In this document: piece by piece, positions 53,163 through 64,000 of the stretch
How the letters are laid out: every line of letters starts with the position of its first letter
How positions within the stretch are numbered: the stretch's first letter is position 1
Assembly (NCBI GenBank): GCA_044892525.1
Contig: CM097885.1
Location: forward strand, 2,606,001-2,670,000
Reading direction: 5' to 3'
DNA: 64,000 bases
Source: Schmidtea polychroa
Taxonomy: Eukaryota
Made by a program: the position numbers and the translations under genes
Notes under the pieces: model-generated
Database searches by the model: none
Seen by the model: the letters and a program-made list of their open reading frames with translations, nothing else
Told to the model about the DNA's origin: nothing

Positions 53163-53403
53163 TGAGGAATCTATGCACCCCAGCACCCCCACCCTCAAAA
53201 AAAACAGCGCTATTGACCCATATTTTCCACATTTATATGCTTTTTTACCCCATATTCTTCACTTTTTTTAACTTTTAAACTTTGTCACCTATTGCCATTA
53301 ACCCTTAATTTCTTCCCTTAAAAGTAAAAAAGTTCGGAATAGATGTATTTATAGATTAGTAATTCCGAGAAAAGGTAACGGGGTGCATAGATTCCTCACT
53401 ACT
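53158..53403. mobile_element. 246-bp element with perfect 24-bp TIRs beginning AGTAGT (mini-Polinton-like)
   Basis: AGTAGTGAGGAATCTATGCACCCC (53158-53181) and its exact reverse complement (53380-53403). No TSD seen. Confidence 0.7.
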
Positions 53404-53979
53404 TGGTCTTAAGGATTTAATGTTATAAGGATTTAATGTTATAAGAATATCAGATTACCTAATTCATAATGATCTAGGTCGCCTGATCACCTTAAGGTTT
53501 TGAAAGTTTTAAAAATAAAAAATTTTATGAAAATAGTAAAACTGCTCTGAGGGGACAGTGGTATTTTTTTTTTTTTTTCACTGTCCCCTCAACAGTTTTT
53601 TTTTGATCCGGATCATTTTTTTTATTTATCAACCTCTTTCGTTTATCGAATCTCTTCCAATATACAAGCTGGCCAGACTCATACATCAGAATCAATCCGA
53701 TAATAGCAGCACGCCTTATTATTCGCTTCTCGCTCGAATACGATTTCATCGGCGTTTTAAGCGTGCTGCTCGAAAGTACAAATGAATTCGAAAGCGAATT
53801 CGAAAGAGGTCCGAAAACAACTGAGAAATAAATGTGCACATTACCGGGATCGATCCGGGGGTGTTCGAAAGACAGGTGGCGATAATTACCGGTTCGCCAC
53901 CATCACCCGTTTCAATATTTTTTTTTTTCATATTTATGTTTAAAAAATAATTAATTAATAAAAAAATAAAATAAAATAT

Positions 53980-54796
53980 TAATAGAGAAACGCCAACTCA
54001 ATAAATTCAACATAAACGCGATATATTTCAATTGTACAACAATCTTCGTCAGGCCGCAATCTGGATAATCAATAATAAGACATAAAATATGCAATATCTA
54101 AACAAATTAACTAATAATAATCATCTCCAAACTGTATCAAAAATTTAAAAAAAAAAAAAAATATTTTAAAAAAAAATATTTCAAAAAAAACATTTTAAAA
54201 AACCAAACCATATTTTACATAACCCACATACATATTATTTTAAAATTAAATTTTAATTTAATCACATTTAACATTCAACATAAAATTAACAAATTTTAAA
54301 AAAAAATTACATAGTTTACAAAACACAAACATAATTATACCACAAACAAGACTCCCAACCTTCATCCTTCAATTACTTAAACACATTCAAAATCTCCGTG
54401 GAACGGGCAACTTGATCATTTATTTTTGGATTTAAATATCTAATCAACAATGCCTCACAAGTTACTCGTTCCCAATAATTACTTAAACCTTTTGAAATAA
54501 TTTTAAAATCAGAGATACCTATTTTTTTACTGACACATTTCCTAACATGATTACTAATATTAGTCAATCCTTTTGGTCGACAGTGTTCAAGAACTCGGGT
54601 GCAGAGATGACGGGCAGTCTCTCCAATGTATATGGCATTACACCCATTACATGAAAATTGATACACAAGCTCAGAACACAAACCAATTGGCGTTGGACAT
54701 TTACTAGTAAACATACTGCTAACTTTGCAAGAAGTGGAAACAATCCTGAATTGATCCTTGTCTACATATTTGAGAATTTTATGTTTAAATTCTCTG
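53980..54796 (-). mobile_element. 5'-truncated Penelope-like retroelement (GIY-YIG endonuclease 3' end plus tail)
   Basis: LVYQFSCNGCNAIYIGET...RVLEH...EALLIRYLNPKIN; 12-bp TSD AAAATAAAATAT (53968-53979, 54797-54808); empty site visible at about 42120. Confidence 0.88.
54015..54058 (-). ncRNA. Candidate minimal hammerhead ribozyme in the Penelope tail
   Basis: The minus strand reads GCGGC-CTGACGA-A-GATTG ttgta CAATT-GAAA-TATA-TC-GCGT: catalytic core boxes, stem II, palindromic stem III and an AUC cleavage triplet. Stem I is weak. Confidence 0.55.
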
Positions 54797-55531
54797 AAAA
54801 TAAAATATACAAGTACTTTATAAATATAAGATACCCACACTATTATTTTCAAATTTTTAATATTATTTTATGTTGAAAAAAAACTAACCACAGTTAGGAT
54901 TTGAACCGCTATCTATTTGAACCACTGTGCCGGTCTAGCCCACTGCGCCATCAAGGTTTGAATTTTTGTCATTTTTTAGACTATAAATAATCGATTCAAA
55001 TTAAAACGTTTTTGATCTTAAATTTCCAAGAGTTGCCGTTGACCAATCACCTTTAAAATTTGTACAAGTACTAAATCGAGTATGCTGATCAATATTTTGT
55101 TTAAAAAAAAAATTTGAAAAAAAATGACCGAAATGGGATTTGAACCCATTGGTATTGGCAATGCAGTCGAGTGCTATTACCACTAAGCTATACTCAATAT
55201 GAAATAAGTTGTTAATGTGTGACTATTTATTGATGAAATTAATAATTAATTATTCATTTTCTCGACAACTACCACTCAGATCCATCTGAAAATTTCTCCG
55301 ATTGATTCCCCAAATGGTTATACTTTTAACTCTTTACAAGTTCAACCTTTGAATACTAAAATATGTGGTATTTTAAGTTTATATGTTTTGTATAGATTGA
55401 ATAAGGGAGAGGGAAAGGGGCATACGCAGGATTTTGAATCTATAATTCAAGAAATTTATAATGATCTAGAATCTCTACTATAAGGATTTTTACTATAAGG
55501 ATTTTTACTATATGAATTTACTACTAAAGAA

Positions 55532-56296
55532 ATGGAGCTTCACAACCCTCCGGAAGATAATTTAAAAAAAATGGTAAACATAATGTCAGATAAATATTCA
55601 AGAACTTTATCTATAAATTCAAAAGAATCAGACTTTACTATAAACTTTCAAGATTCAATTAAATTAGATCAAAATTTAAATTATGAATTGGGGCTATTAT
55701 GGTTTTGTGCTTATAATACTATTTTTAATATAACTAAAGATAATAATAAATTTACTATTCAAACTCGTGATGGGCATAAACCAGAAATTATAACAATAGA
55801 ACCTGGGGCATATGAGATAAAAGATTTAAATGATATACTTTCTAAAAAAACAAATGAAGGAATTAAAATTAAAATGGATATACCAACTTCAAAATGTGTA
55901 ATGACTTTGAAGAATATAAAAATTAGTTTTTTAGATAATTGTTTCTTTCACACAGTTTTAGGATTTAAACCTATGGATATAACAATAAAAGAAGATAAAA
56001 TAATAACATCAGAACATATTATAAAAATAATAAATACAAACACAATAAATATTCATTGCGATTGTATAACAGGTTCTTATAATAATGGTAAACAAACAAA
56101 TGTTTTATATTCCTTTCCCTCAAACACAGTTCCTATGGGATATAAAATAGTTGAAAGAATGAATCCTCCAAATTATTTACCTTTATGTAGAAAATATATA
56201 ATGGATATTAATTTTAAAATTCTTAATCAAGAAGGAGAATTGATTGATTTTAATGGAGAAGAGATTTCAATGTATTTACATTTGAAACAGGTTTAG
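55532..56296 (+). CDS. Polinton minor capsid (penton) protein; true start may be at about 55583
   Basis: YELGL, IEPGAYEI, INIHCDCITGSY, LYSF, YLPL and ILNQEGELIDFNGE motifs. Confidence 0.85.
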   Translation: MELHNPPEDNLKKMVNIMSDKYSRTLSINSKESDFTINFQDSIKLDQNLNYELGLLWFCAYNTIFNITKDNNKFTIQTRDGHKPEIITIEPGAYEIKDLNDILSKKTNEGIKIKMDIPTSKCVMTLKNIKISFLDNCFFHTVLGFKPMDITIKEDKIITSEHIIKIINTNTINIHCDCITGSYNNGKQTNVLYSFPSNTVPMGYKIVERMNPPNYLPLCRKYIMDINFKILNQEGELIDFNGEEISMYLHLKQV

Positions 56297-56336
56297 TTCC
56301 TCTCAGGGGACTCCGTCCATTTTAAATTATTAATAA

Positions 56337-57347
56337 ATGAGTTCTTATATTCCATGTAATAGAGGTGGTGGAACAATAAAAACAGGGTTTAATACAGAAG
56401 AAATATTAACTTTAACAGAAAATAAATATATTAATGAAAGAGGTGATTCAATGAAGGGTGATTTAATTTTAAATGGACACAAGATAAAAGAATTATCTTT
56501 TCCAACTGATGAAGCTGATGCAGTTAATAAGAAATATGTAGATGGTGTTAAAAAATATACTGATTTAACAACAACAAGAATTGAAAGTTCATTAACAACA
56601 AAAATTGATTCAATGGAATCAAAGCTTAATAATATCGAACAACGATTTAATGATAAATTTGACAAGTTACAAAGTCTGTTAACTGAACAAGTTGTAAAGT
56701 TAAATACTGCTATATTAAATTCTAAAGATAAACAAATTATGAATACTAAATTTAATGCAATATATAATATAATAAATGAGATGATTACATCATTTAATAA
56801 AAGAATTTCAAATTTAGAGTCTCATGGAACACACATTAACACCACACATAGTATTAGAAAAAGAGCTGCTGAATTAGAACAGAATAAAACATTATTACCC
56901 CATACATATAAACATTTTATAGAACCAAGTTTAATAACAACAAACAGTAAAGAATGGGGTGTTTTTATGGTTGTAAAAATTATTGATCCTTATTTCTTTT
57001 TGTTTGATGATGATAATGAAAGAATGAAATGGTTTGTGAAATGTGATTATAATAGTAAGCTTGAAAAGGGTGATGTTATAATGACTAGTTATGATTTACC
57101 ACACGGAGATTGGTATGTTAATACTCATTCACATGGACTACATAAAGTTAAAAGTAAGAATATTCATTTTTCTAGTTCACTTGTACAATATATAGATTTA
57201 ATATTTTATGAAAAAAAGGTTGATGTTGATGAAGTTCGTAAAGCATTGAGAGAATTGTATAAAGATATCCTCTCAACAAGAGTTTCTTTTGATATCCGAG
57301 TATTGGTGCCAGATGGTGCTCAGAAGAATAAAGTCTTATTTTTTTAA
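56337..57347 (+). CDS. Putative fiber/receptor-binding protein
   Basis: GDSMKGDLILNGHKIKEL...PTDEADAVNKKYVD fiber/adhesin-type repeat, long coiled coil, globular C-terminus. Confidence 0.6.
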   Translation: MSSYIPCNRGGGTIKTGFNTEEILTLTENKYINERGDSMKGDLILNGHKIKELSFPTDEADAVNKKYVDGVKKYTDLTTTRIESSLTTKIDSMESKLNNIEQRFNDKFDKLQSLLTEQVVKLNTAILNSKDKQIMNTKFNAIYNIINEMITSFNKRISNLESHGTHINTTHSIRKRAAELEQNKTLLPHTYKHFIEPSLITTNSKEWGVFMVVKIIDPYFFLFDDDNERMKWFVKCDYNSKLEKGDVIMTSYDLPHGDWYVNTHSHGLHKVKSKNIHFSSSLVQYIDLIFYEKKVDVDEVRKALRELYKDILSTRVSFDIRVLVPDGAQKNKVLFF

Positions 57348-57355
57348 TTATTAAA

Positions 57356-57679
57356 ATGGAAGAAGTAAGAGAAGAAAAAATTTACCCAGAATTGAGATCA
57401 TCAGGATATTATTCCGAAGGTCACAAAGGTTCCAAGGCCTCGGCTCCCACAGAACTTGAAATTATGAGAGTAAAAGAATTTAAATCAGAAACCTTACATT
57501 TACAAGATTTATTAAAGCATTATAAAAAAATTAAAAATAGATGGAATAAAGGGAATACAGTTTTAAAAGTTATAGGTTATTCTTTAGGATTTGCATCTGC
57601 AATATTAACAGTTATTTTACCCATAACTTTACCAGTTGTTACTCTTGCACCTGTAATACTTGGAAGTATTTCTGAGTAG
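57356..57679 (+). pseudogene. Truncated Polinton membrane-associated protein
   Basis: IYPEL...ASAP...HYKKIKNRW followed by hydrophobic helices. The ORF stops at the AGTAG junction where sequence composition changes abruptly. Confidence 0.55.
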
Positions 57680-57818
57680 GTAGTTAGTGGCCCGCGGCAG
57701 CAATAGGGGGGGGGGGTAAAAAATGTTGCAAACTTTTGATTGCATAACTTTTTCCGTAGACATTTTTTGATTACATAATTGTTGCCGTAATGCCCAATGT
57801 TTTCTGGGATTTTAAATA

Positions 57819-57849
<31 letters not shown>

Positions 57850-58829
57850 CAATAAACAAGCCAAGGATAAATATTATTTGGGTGGGTCTCCTTGGTCCTG
57901 AGAATTTCAATAGAAAAAGGTAGTCTTCAATAAAAAAGCATGGATTTTTCACACTATAGTGAGGGGATCTTCTTGGTCATGAGAATTTCAATAGAAAAGG
58001 TGGTTTACATTATAAAACGCATAGTAAATTTTTAAAATAAAGTAAATTATGGGTCTAAAATTTAAAAATAAAGTAAATGATGGGTCTAAAAATTTAAGTA
58101 AATCAAGGTTCAGATTTATTTTTGAAATAAAGTAAATTATGGTCTAAATAAGTAAATTATGGGCTAAGATTTTTCAATTAAAGTAAATAATGGTTCTAAA
58201 AAAATTAAATTACAGTAAATTATGGTCCAAATTTTTAAATTAAAGTAAATTATGGTTCTTAAAAATTAAATTAAAGTAAATTATGGTTCTTAAAAATTAA
58301 ATTAAAGTAAATTATGGTCAAAATTTTTGAATTACAGTCCAAAAATTTAAATTAAAGTAAATTATGATCCAAATTTTTAAATTAAAGTAAATAATGGTTC
58401 TAAAAAATTAAATTAAAGTAAATAATGGTCCAAATATTTTAAATTACAGTAAATAATGGTCAAAAATTTTAAAATTAAAGTAAATTATGGTTCTAAAAAT
58501 TAAATTAAAGTTAATTAAGGTCCAAATTTTAAAATTAAATAATCAATGGTAAAAAAAAATTTAAATTAAAGTTAAATAAGTAAATTAAAGTAATAATTTT
58601 TAAATAAGTAAATTAAAGTAATGTAATAAGTAAATTAAAGTAAGATTTTTAAATTTATTAACAAAAATAGAAGGTGTTTGAGAATTGAAATTTTTTAATG
58701 GAAATTTTAATGAATTATTTTTTAAGTAATTTTTAATAGAAATTTTTATGAATAATTTTCAATGGTAATTTTTAATGGAAATTTTAATAGAATAATTTTT
58801 AAGATAATTTTTAATGAAAATTTTTATGA

Positions 58830-58897
<68 letters not shown>

Positions 58898-59060
58898 TAA
58901 TATTAATAATATATCAACCAAATACTATACAACACATAAAAAATTAACTAAACACATAAAAATAACTAGACACATAACAAAACATATAAACATTAACTAA
59001 ACACATAAAAATGAACTAGACACATAACAAACATAAAAATTTACCAAATAACAAATGTAA
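57675..59060. repeat. Probable terminal/subterminal region of a second Polinton: AGTAG start, GC-rich tract, then AT-rich tandem repeats (core AAATTAAAGTAAATTATGG) and an (ATA)n microsatellite at 58831-58893
   Basis: The repeats are directly visible. The terminus assignment is inferred. Confidence 0.55.
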
Positions 59061-59084
59061 AGATATAAAATTTATTCAATAAAA

Positions 59085-62000
59085 TTAGTCCTCATCGGAC
59101 AAAATAACGTCATCGATATCGATGTCATCTTCTCCAAAATCTTCATTTAATTCTTCCTCATCTTCTCCATCATTTTCTCCAACATTTTCTGAAACATTTT
59201 CTGCAACAATTTCTCCAACATTTTCTCCAATATTTAATTCACTTAATCTTACATGCCCATATGCAAGACTAGTATTTTGCCCCACCCAAACCCTTTTGTC
59301 ATCTTTGTTAGTTAGTGCTATTTTTGTGTTTTTAATTGTAAAAATTTGATGATTTTTGCTTGTTATTTTAGTCTGAGGAACCGAAAAAATCTGGTTAGTG
59401 TTATAACAATCCAGGTATGACTGATGTTTTATGTCACCACCTTTCAATGTTACACCTTTAGCCTTTTTTGTTTCCTCATCACCCAACAAGCTATAACATT
59501 TAGGTCTAAGAAAAACCCACTCCTTATATTTAAGACCTTTATTCTCGTCTTTGAACTTTCCAATGACTGAATCAAGGTTCTTACTATATAAGGAATGACA
59601 ACTATTGTAATTGGAAGTATCCAATAAATTATCTCGAACCATTGCAGGTAAAAGAACCTCAAGTTTGCAGTTAATGACTTCGAGGAAAAAAGAATCTGTA
59701 TCACCTGCAACGATATTAATTTTACAATTAAACTCATTGCGAAATGATTCCAGATCCTTATATTGCAATTCATACATTCTAAGTTTAGATAGATCAAGTA
59801 CAGATTGACCAATGTAACTCGGTCTATCTAAACATATAGAATCGGAATTCAATAGTGCTGCAATTAAATTATCTGCTATTTTAATAGATTTTTTAAAAGT
59901 CGGTTTTGACGAATATTTAACTAATTTACCGGCAGTTGTACAAAGACGAAGATTCATTCTTCTCTTTAAATTTTCAACTGTTTTGCCGTATAAACTATTA
60001 TTTAGCAATTTATAATAATTTTTATCTAAGCTATTTACGCTTTTTGATCTTAATTCGGTATTTGTATCTATATATTTTTTAAAAATTGGTGATTGCTTAA
60101 ATCTTACACCCCTATTTACACGTGTTACTTTAACACCAAGTTCCAAATATAATTTTAATAATCTCCAATGAATAACATAATTAGATTTTGGAAGATGAGT
60201 TAATAATAATTTTTCAACCTTAGACCCAGCAGGTTTCATTTTTTCAGCAGCTACAGGGAAATCATCCAACTTATCATGAAGCTCAGAAGGAATTACAAGA
60301 TCAACTTCAAGTGTGTATCCATAAGACAAAGATTCAAGATTTAAATTCCTACATTCATCCATTATTTTATCAAATCCATCAAGAACCCAACAAAATTCGC
60401 CACAAGGTAATGATTGACTTAAAGCCCAGCCATAAAGATTATTAATATCTATATATAGTAACTCAGTGTTCTCGTCGGTTTTTACGTAATGCTTATTCAC
60501 AAAAGTAAGACCGCCTCTTATTCCACCCTCATAAAAGCTAAACATTTCGTTTTCAGTTATGAGTTCAATTGGTTCATTTAAAGACATTAATGCAGAAGAC
60601 CAAGACATGCCTGGAATTCCGAAATAATTCAATGGTTCCAATCTATTGTGAGCAATGGATTTCAACCGAAACTGATGAAAGAAATCAGCCAAAAGAAAAC
60701 AATCAAGTTTTAGGTAGATCATCATATAATCTAATAAAGTTACGCAATTAGTTTCTACCCAAATCTCCTGAGCTTTTTCATACTCAAGCTCAGTGACACC
60801 CTCCCAGATTGGTGGTAATTCATAAGTAGTTTGGAGAATATCTAAAGAAGTGGCGAAATTATAAGGGAAGATTCCTTTTTCACTTACTATGGTGCCAGAA
60901 AAAGCAGAATTAGTAAAAGGCAAAGAATTCAAAGTTTTGACTGCTTTAGCCAAAGAATCATTGACAAATTGATACGAATCAATGAATCTTAGGCTAATTT
61001 TACCTAAATGAGCAATCAAAGATATAAATTTTTCCGTAGTTATTGGGATGCACCCTAAATTCCAATTTTTAAATTTATTTAATCCATATTTAAGTATATG
61101 GTGCATATCGTATCCCTTCAAGTTGTGAAATACGATAGGCAAAATTTTATTTATTTTCCTATTTACGTTACATGTGCTACAAGCTGCACCCAAGTATTTC
61201 CCCGTAAAATGATCGTGATCTCTAACAGGATCGACGATAGATTTCATACAAAGATAACAAACAGATGCACTAACAAATTGACGTTGTTCAATTTTTGTTA
61301 ATTTCATCATAGGTTTCCTACCCATTTTATAATAAAAAGGAAGAACCTTATTTAATGCTATATCCTCTATAGCACTTAAAAAACTCTCGACGCAATCTAA
61401 ACCTATGAACTGCTGATAAGATTTAGATCCGTCAAAGTTATTTACAAGTAAAAGACCAGCAGATATTGGCATGTGTCGTTGGAAATGATCATTATCAGAA
61501 GGTAAAATAGCCTCAAAATCTGCATAAACTACAAAAGGAGGAGTTACTGTTTTCGACCAGTCAGTAAACTGTAATAATTTATTTTGAGGGAAGGTGTAAA
61601 GAGTTGTTCCTAATTGATTACGTTTACATAATATTTCATGTTTTTCTAGTGCGTGTTTATTATTAAACCCATTCAAACACCGATGGCACCATAATGAACG
61701 TATGCGTGTAGGACAACTAGTGTTGATATGACAATTCATTAACTTATTTAAATTACTTATAGCAACGTAATGGAAATTGTTTCCTTTATTTAATAATAGT
61801 AAATTAATTACAGTTCCATTTAAAACTTTGGAACGATGTATAATATCTAAATGTGGGTGTTTTAATACGTAATTATCTATTAATTGTTTGTTATTGTCAT
61901 AAGAAAAAACGTTAATTATTAAGCCTGGATTTTTGGCCTCGAATTTTCTAATATCTTTTAATTTCATGGGTAAGTCCAATGGATTATATATTAATTCAGA

Positions 62001-62668
62001 TAAATTATAACTGGATGTCCTATTTCTAGCATAACTACTAACCTCATCATATTTTAAAATAGCTAAAATGCTATATAAAAAACATGAATCATCGGTGTTT
62101 TTTATATTAATTAAACAATATTTATTTTTTTTAGATAAGTAGGTAGTTCAATGAAACTCCTACCACTTAATCTACTTAGCCTACTTATCTTTGTTATGGT
62201 GAAGTGAATTTCTGTTATTTTTTTTATGATCCAGCTACTTCCTAACTCTGTGATATTACTTATTTTCTCGTTTAGTTCCCTAATGCCTTCGTCAAAAAAT
62301 GATGCAGTTAAAGGCTTTGCATAATTTGAGATATTATTAACCTTTATTTCCCCGTCTTTTTCAAATTCGATTGTTATTCCGAATTGAATTTTGACGGAGC
62401 CTAATTCGTTAATAATATCTCGTAATTTTTTTATTAGTTGTTCAGGAAATATTATTTCTTTTATATTTAAGTCGCTTGTATTTAAGCTTAATATTTGATG
62501 GGTACCTCTTAGATCTTTTTGTATTATTGGAACATTTCCACCTATTTGTATTATATTTAATCCATCCCAAGAGTCAAGGGAAATATTATCTAATCCGACC
62601 TGGGATTCAACAACCAATCCATCATGGGATTCGACAACCAATCCATCATTGGATTCCACAAAAGGCAA
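59085..62668 (-). CDS. Protein-primed family B DNA polymerase with N-terminal terminal-protein/vOTU-like region and inserted endonuclease VII-like domain; frameshifted at the T8 run 62125-62132
   Basis: Exo motifs YADFE and FHNLKGYD; pol motifs YIDINNLYG, KLLNNSLYGK, GDTDS and KAKGV; CYLC...RDHDHFTG...CSTCN; reading across the frameshift gives INIKNTDDSCFLYS in frame with the main ORF. No in-frame ATG was found at the 5' end. Confidence 0.93.
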
Positions 62669-63306
62669 TCCGACCTGGGATTCAAAAGAAGAAGTATCTA
62701 ATTTAATTTTTTAATTTTTATTATTTTTTTTTCTATAGTTGAGGGTCTTTTAAAAACACTATCTTTTTTAAAATTAAACCTATCTAAATGATTTTTATGT
62801 TTATTATAAAAAACGCTATATGTTACGGGGTCACTAGTCTTACATACTGGACATATTTTAAAACACATTTTGACGCTAAAGTTGACTTATTTAACATTTT
62901 CATAATAATTTAATAAAAATAATGTGATGAACCCACAAAGTAATATCATTTTTCATCAAATTGCAAAACAGTAATAACGTTTTCATAAAATTGTAACAAA
63001 GTAATAACATATTTCAGATAAATTTTCAACAGTTGTAAAATATTTAAGCAAATTGTAACAAGATTAGAAAATATTACAACAAAGTAGTAACATATTTCAG
63101 AAAATTTCAACAAATTTGTAAAATATTTATCAAATTGTAACTAAAATAATAAAAATATTGCAACAAAGTAATAAAATAATAATGGTAATTAAGACAAATC
63201 AATACATTATTTCGAAGACGGACAACAAATTAAAAAGAATATTGTAACTAAAATAATAAAAATATTGCAACAAAGTAATAAAATAATACAACATTTTAAA
63301 CTCTAG

Positions 63307-63720
63307 ATCAATCCATTTTATAGAAAATTAAATTTTATCTATATAATATATGAATAAATATCCAAGGAAATTACGTTAACGTATAATAAATACAAATTTA
63401 TCGTAAAAACATGTGTGTATTACACACAAAACAAGATACATAATTTCTAATCAATCCATTTTATAGAAAATTAAATTTTATTTATATATTATATGAATAA
63501 AATCCTAAGAAAATTACGTTAACTGTATGAAAAATACAAATTTATCATAAAAACATGTGTGTATTACACACAACATACGAGACATAATTTTTAATCAAGC
63601 TATTTTATAGAAAATTAAATTTTATCTATATAATATATGAATAAAAATCCAAGAAAATTACGTTAACCGCGCGAAAAACTACAAATTTATTGTAAAAACA
63701 TGTGTGCATTACACACAAAG
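63307..63720. repeat. About 144-bp tandem repeat, about 3 copies (shorter AT-rich repeats at 62940-63290)
   Basis: ATCAA...ATTTTATAGAAAATTAAATTTTAT recurs at 63307, 63450 and 63594. Confidence 0.85.
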
Positions 63721-63838
63721 CATCAAACTGAAATTGTAATTGCGCCATGTTGTAGAGAATTAAATTCTGCCTATACATTGTTACACTTAAATCTCGATCA
63801 GACATGTGAAAAGAGACATAAAAGATAAAAAACAGTAG

Positions 63839-64000
63839 AGTAGTATGATGTGGGCCCGCCCGGCCAGGAGCCCGCTCGGCCACATATACCCCCTCCCCCC
63901 CGTTTGTAAAATAATGTTAATAATAATATTTATATATCAGTATATAGATTTTGCACTGGGCTTTAAAATAAGTGTTTGATTAATAAATTCGGATGATGGA
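63839..64000 (+). mobile_element. Possible start of a further Polinton-type terminus
   Basis: AGTAGT followed by GC-rich palindromic sequence and a C-tract, like the motifs at 41368 and 53158. Confidence 0.35.

Larger units (their letters stand above)
53527..55293 (+). repeat. Diverged second copy of the Polinton left subterminal region (about 41658-42884), lacking most of the 89-aa gene and carrying a Penelope insertion
   Basis: Near-identical blocks 41658-42110 / 53527-53975, 42120-42330 / 54797-54999 and 42584-42884 / 55001-55293. Confidence 0.9.
41368..57674 (+). mobile_element. Polinton/Maverick (endogenous polintovirus) body carrying the structural and integrase module, interrupted by nested insertions
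   Basis: Starts AGTAGT, the typical Polinton terminus. Carries MCP, integrase, ATPase, protease, mCP and accessory ORFs with shared A-rich ATG contexts. The right end was not identified. Confidence 0.85.

Noticed and set aside
54797..54852. N-terminal part of the 159-aa GIY-YIG ORF as a Polinton-encoded nuclease gene
   Set aside because: The first residues come from flanking sequence beyond the TSD. The domain belongs to a 5'-truncated Penelope insertion.
58762..58947. Poly-isoleucine ORF
   Set aside because: It is the translation of an (ATA)n microsatellite.
36108..61301. Numerous short antisense or alternate-frame ORFs overlapping SF3A1, gag/pol, integrase, fiber and pPolB
   Set aside because: They are shadows of the real coding frames with no independent motifs.

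Overview
AT-rich eukaryotic (probably invertebrate animal) DNA in three zones. (1) 1-28524 is a 28-bp satellite array (about 1000 monomers) organised into multi-kb higher-order repeats. (2) 28525-41367 is low-density host DNA with small non-autonomous transposons and a two-exon SF3A1 (Prp21) gene on the minus strand. (3) From about 41368 to the end is a nest of Polinton/Maverick (endogenous polintovirus/adintovirus) sequence. It encodes major and minor capsid proteins, a packaging ATPase, an adenain-like protease, an adenovirus pX-like core protein, a fiber-like protein, a zinc finger-PLA2-integrase fusion and a protein-primed PolB. The nest has been invaded by a young Ty3/Gypsy element (identical 152-bp LTRs, 5-bp TSD) and by a Penelope fragment with a candidate hammerhead ribozyme. 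The most interesting candidates are: three tandem Pol III tRNA-like units upstream of the capsid gene (possible VA-RNA analogues), the PLA2-integrase polyprotein, and an LTR that supplies a new in-frame start codon to the ATPase it interrupted. All calls were made by eye from motifs and no database searches were run.
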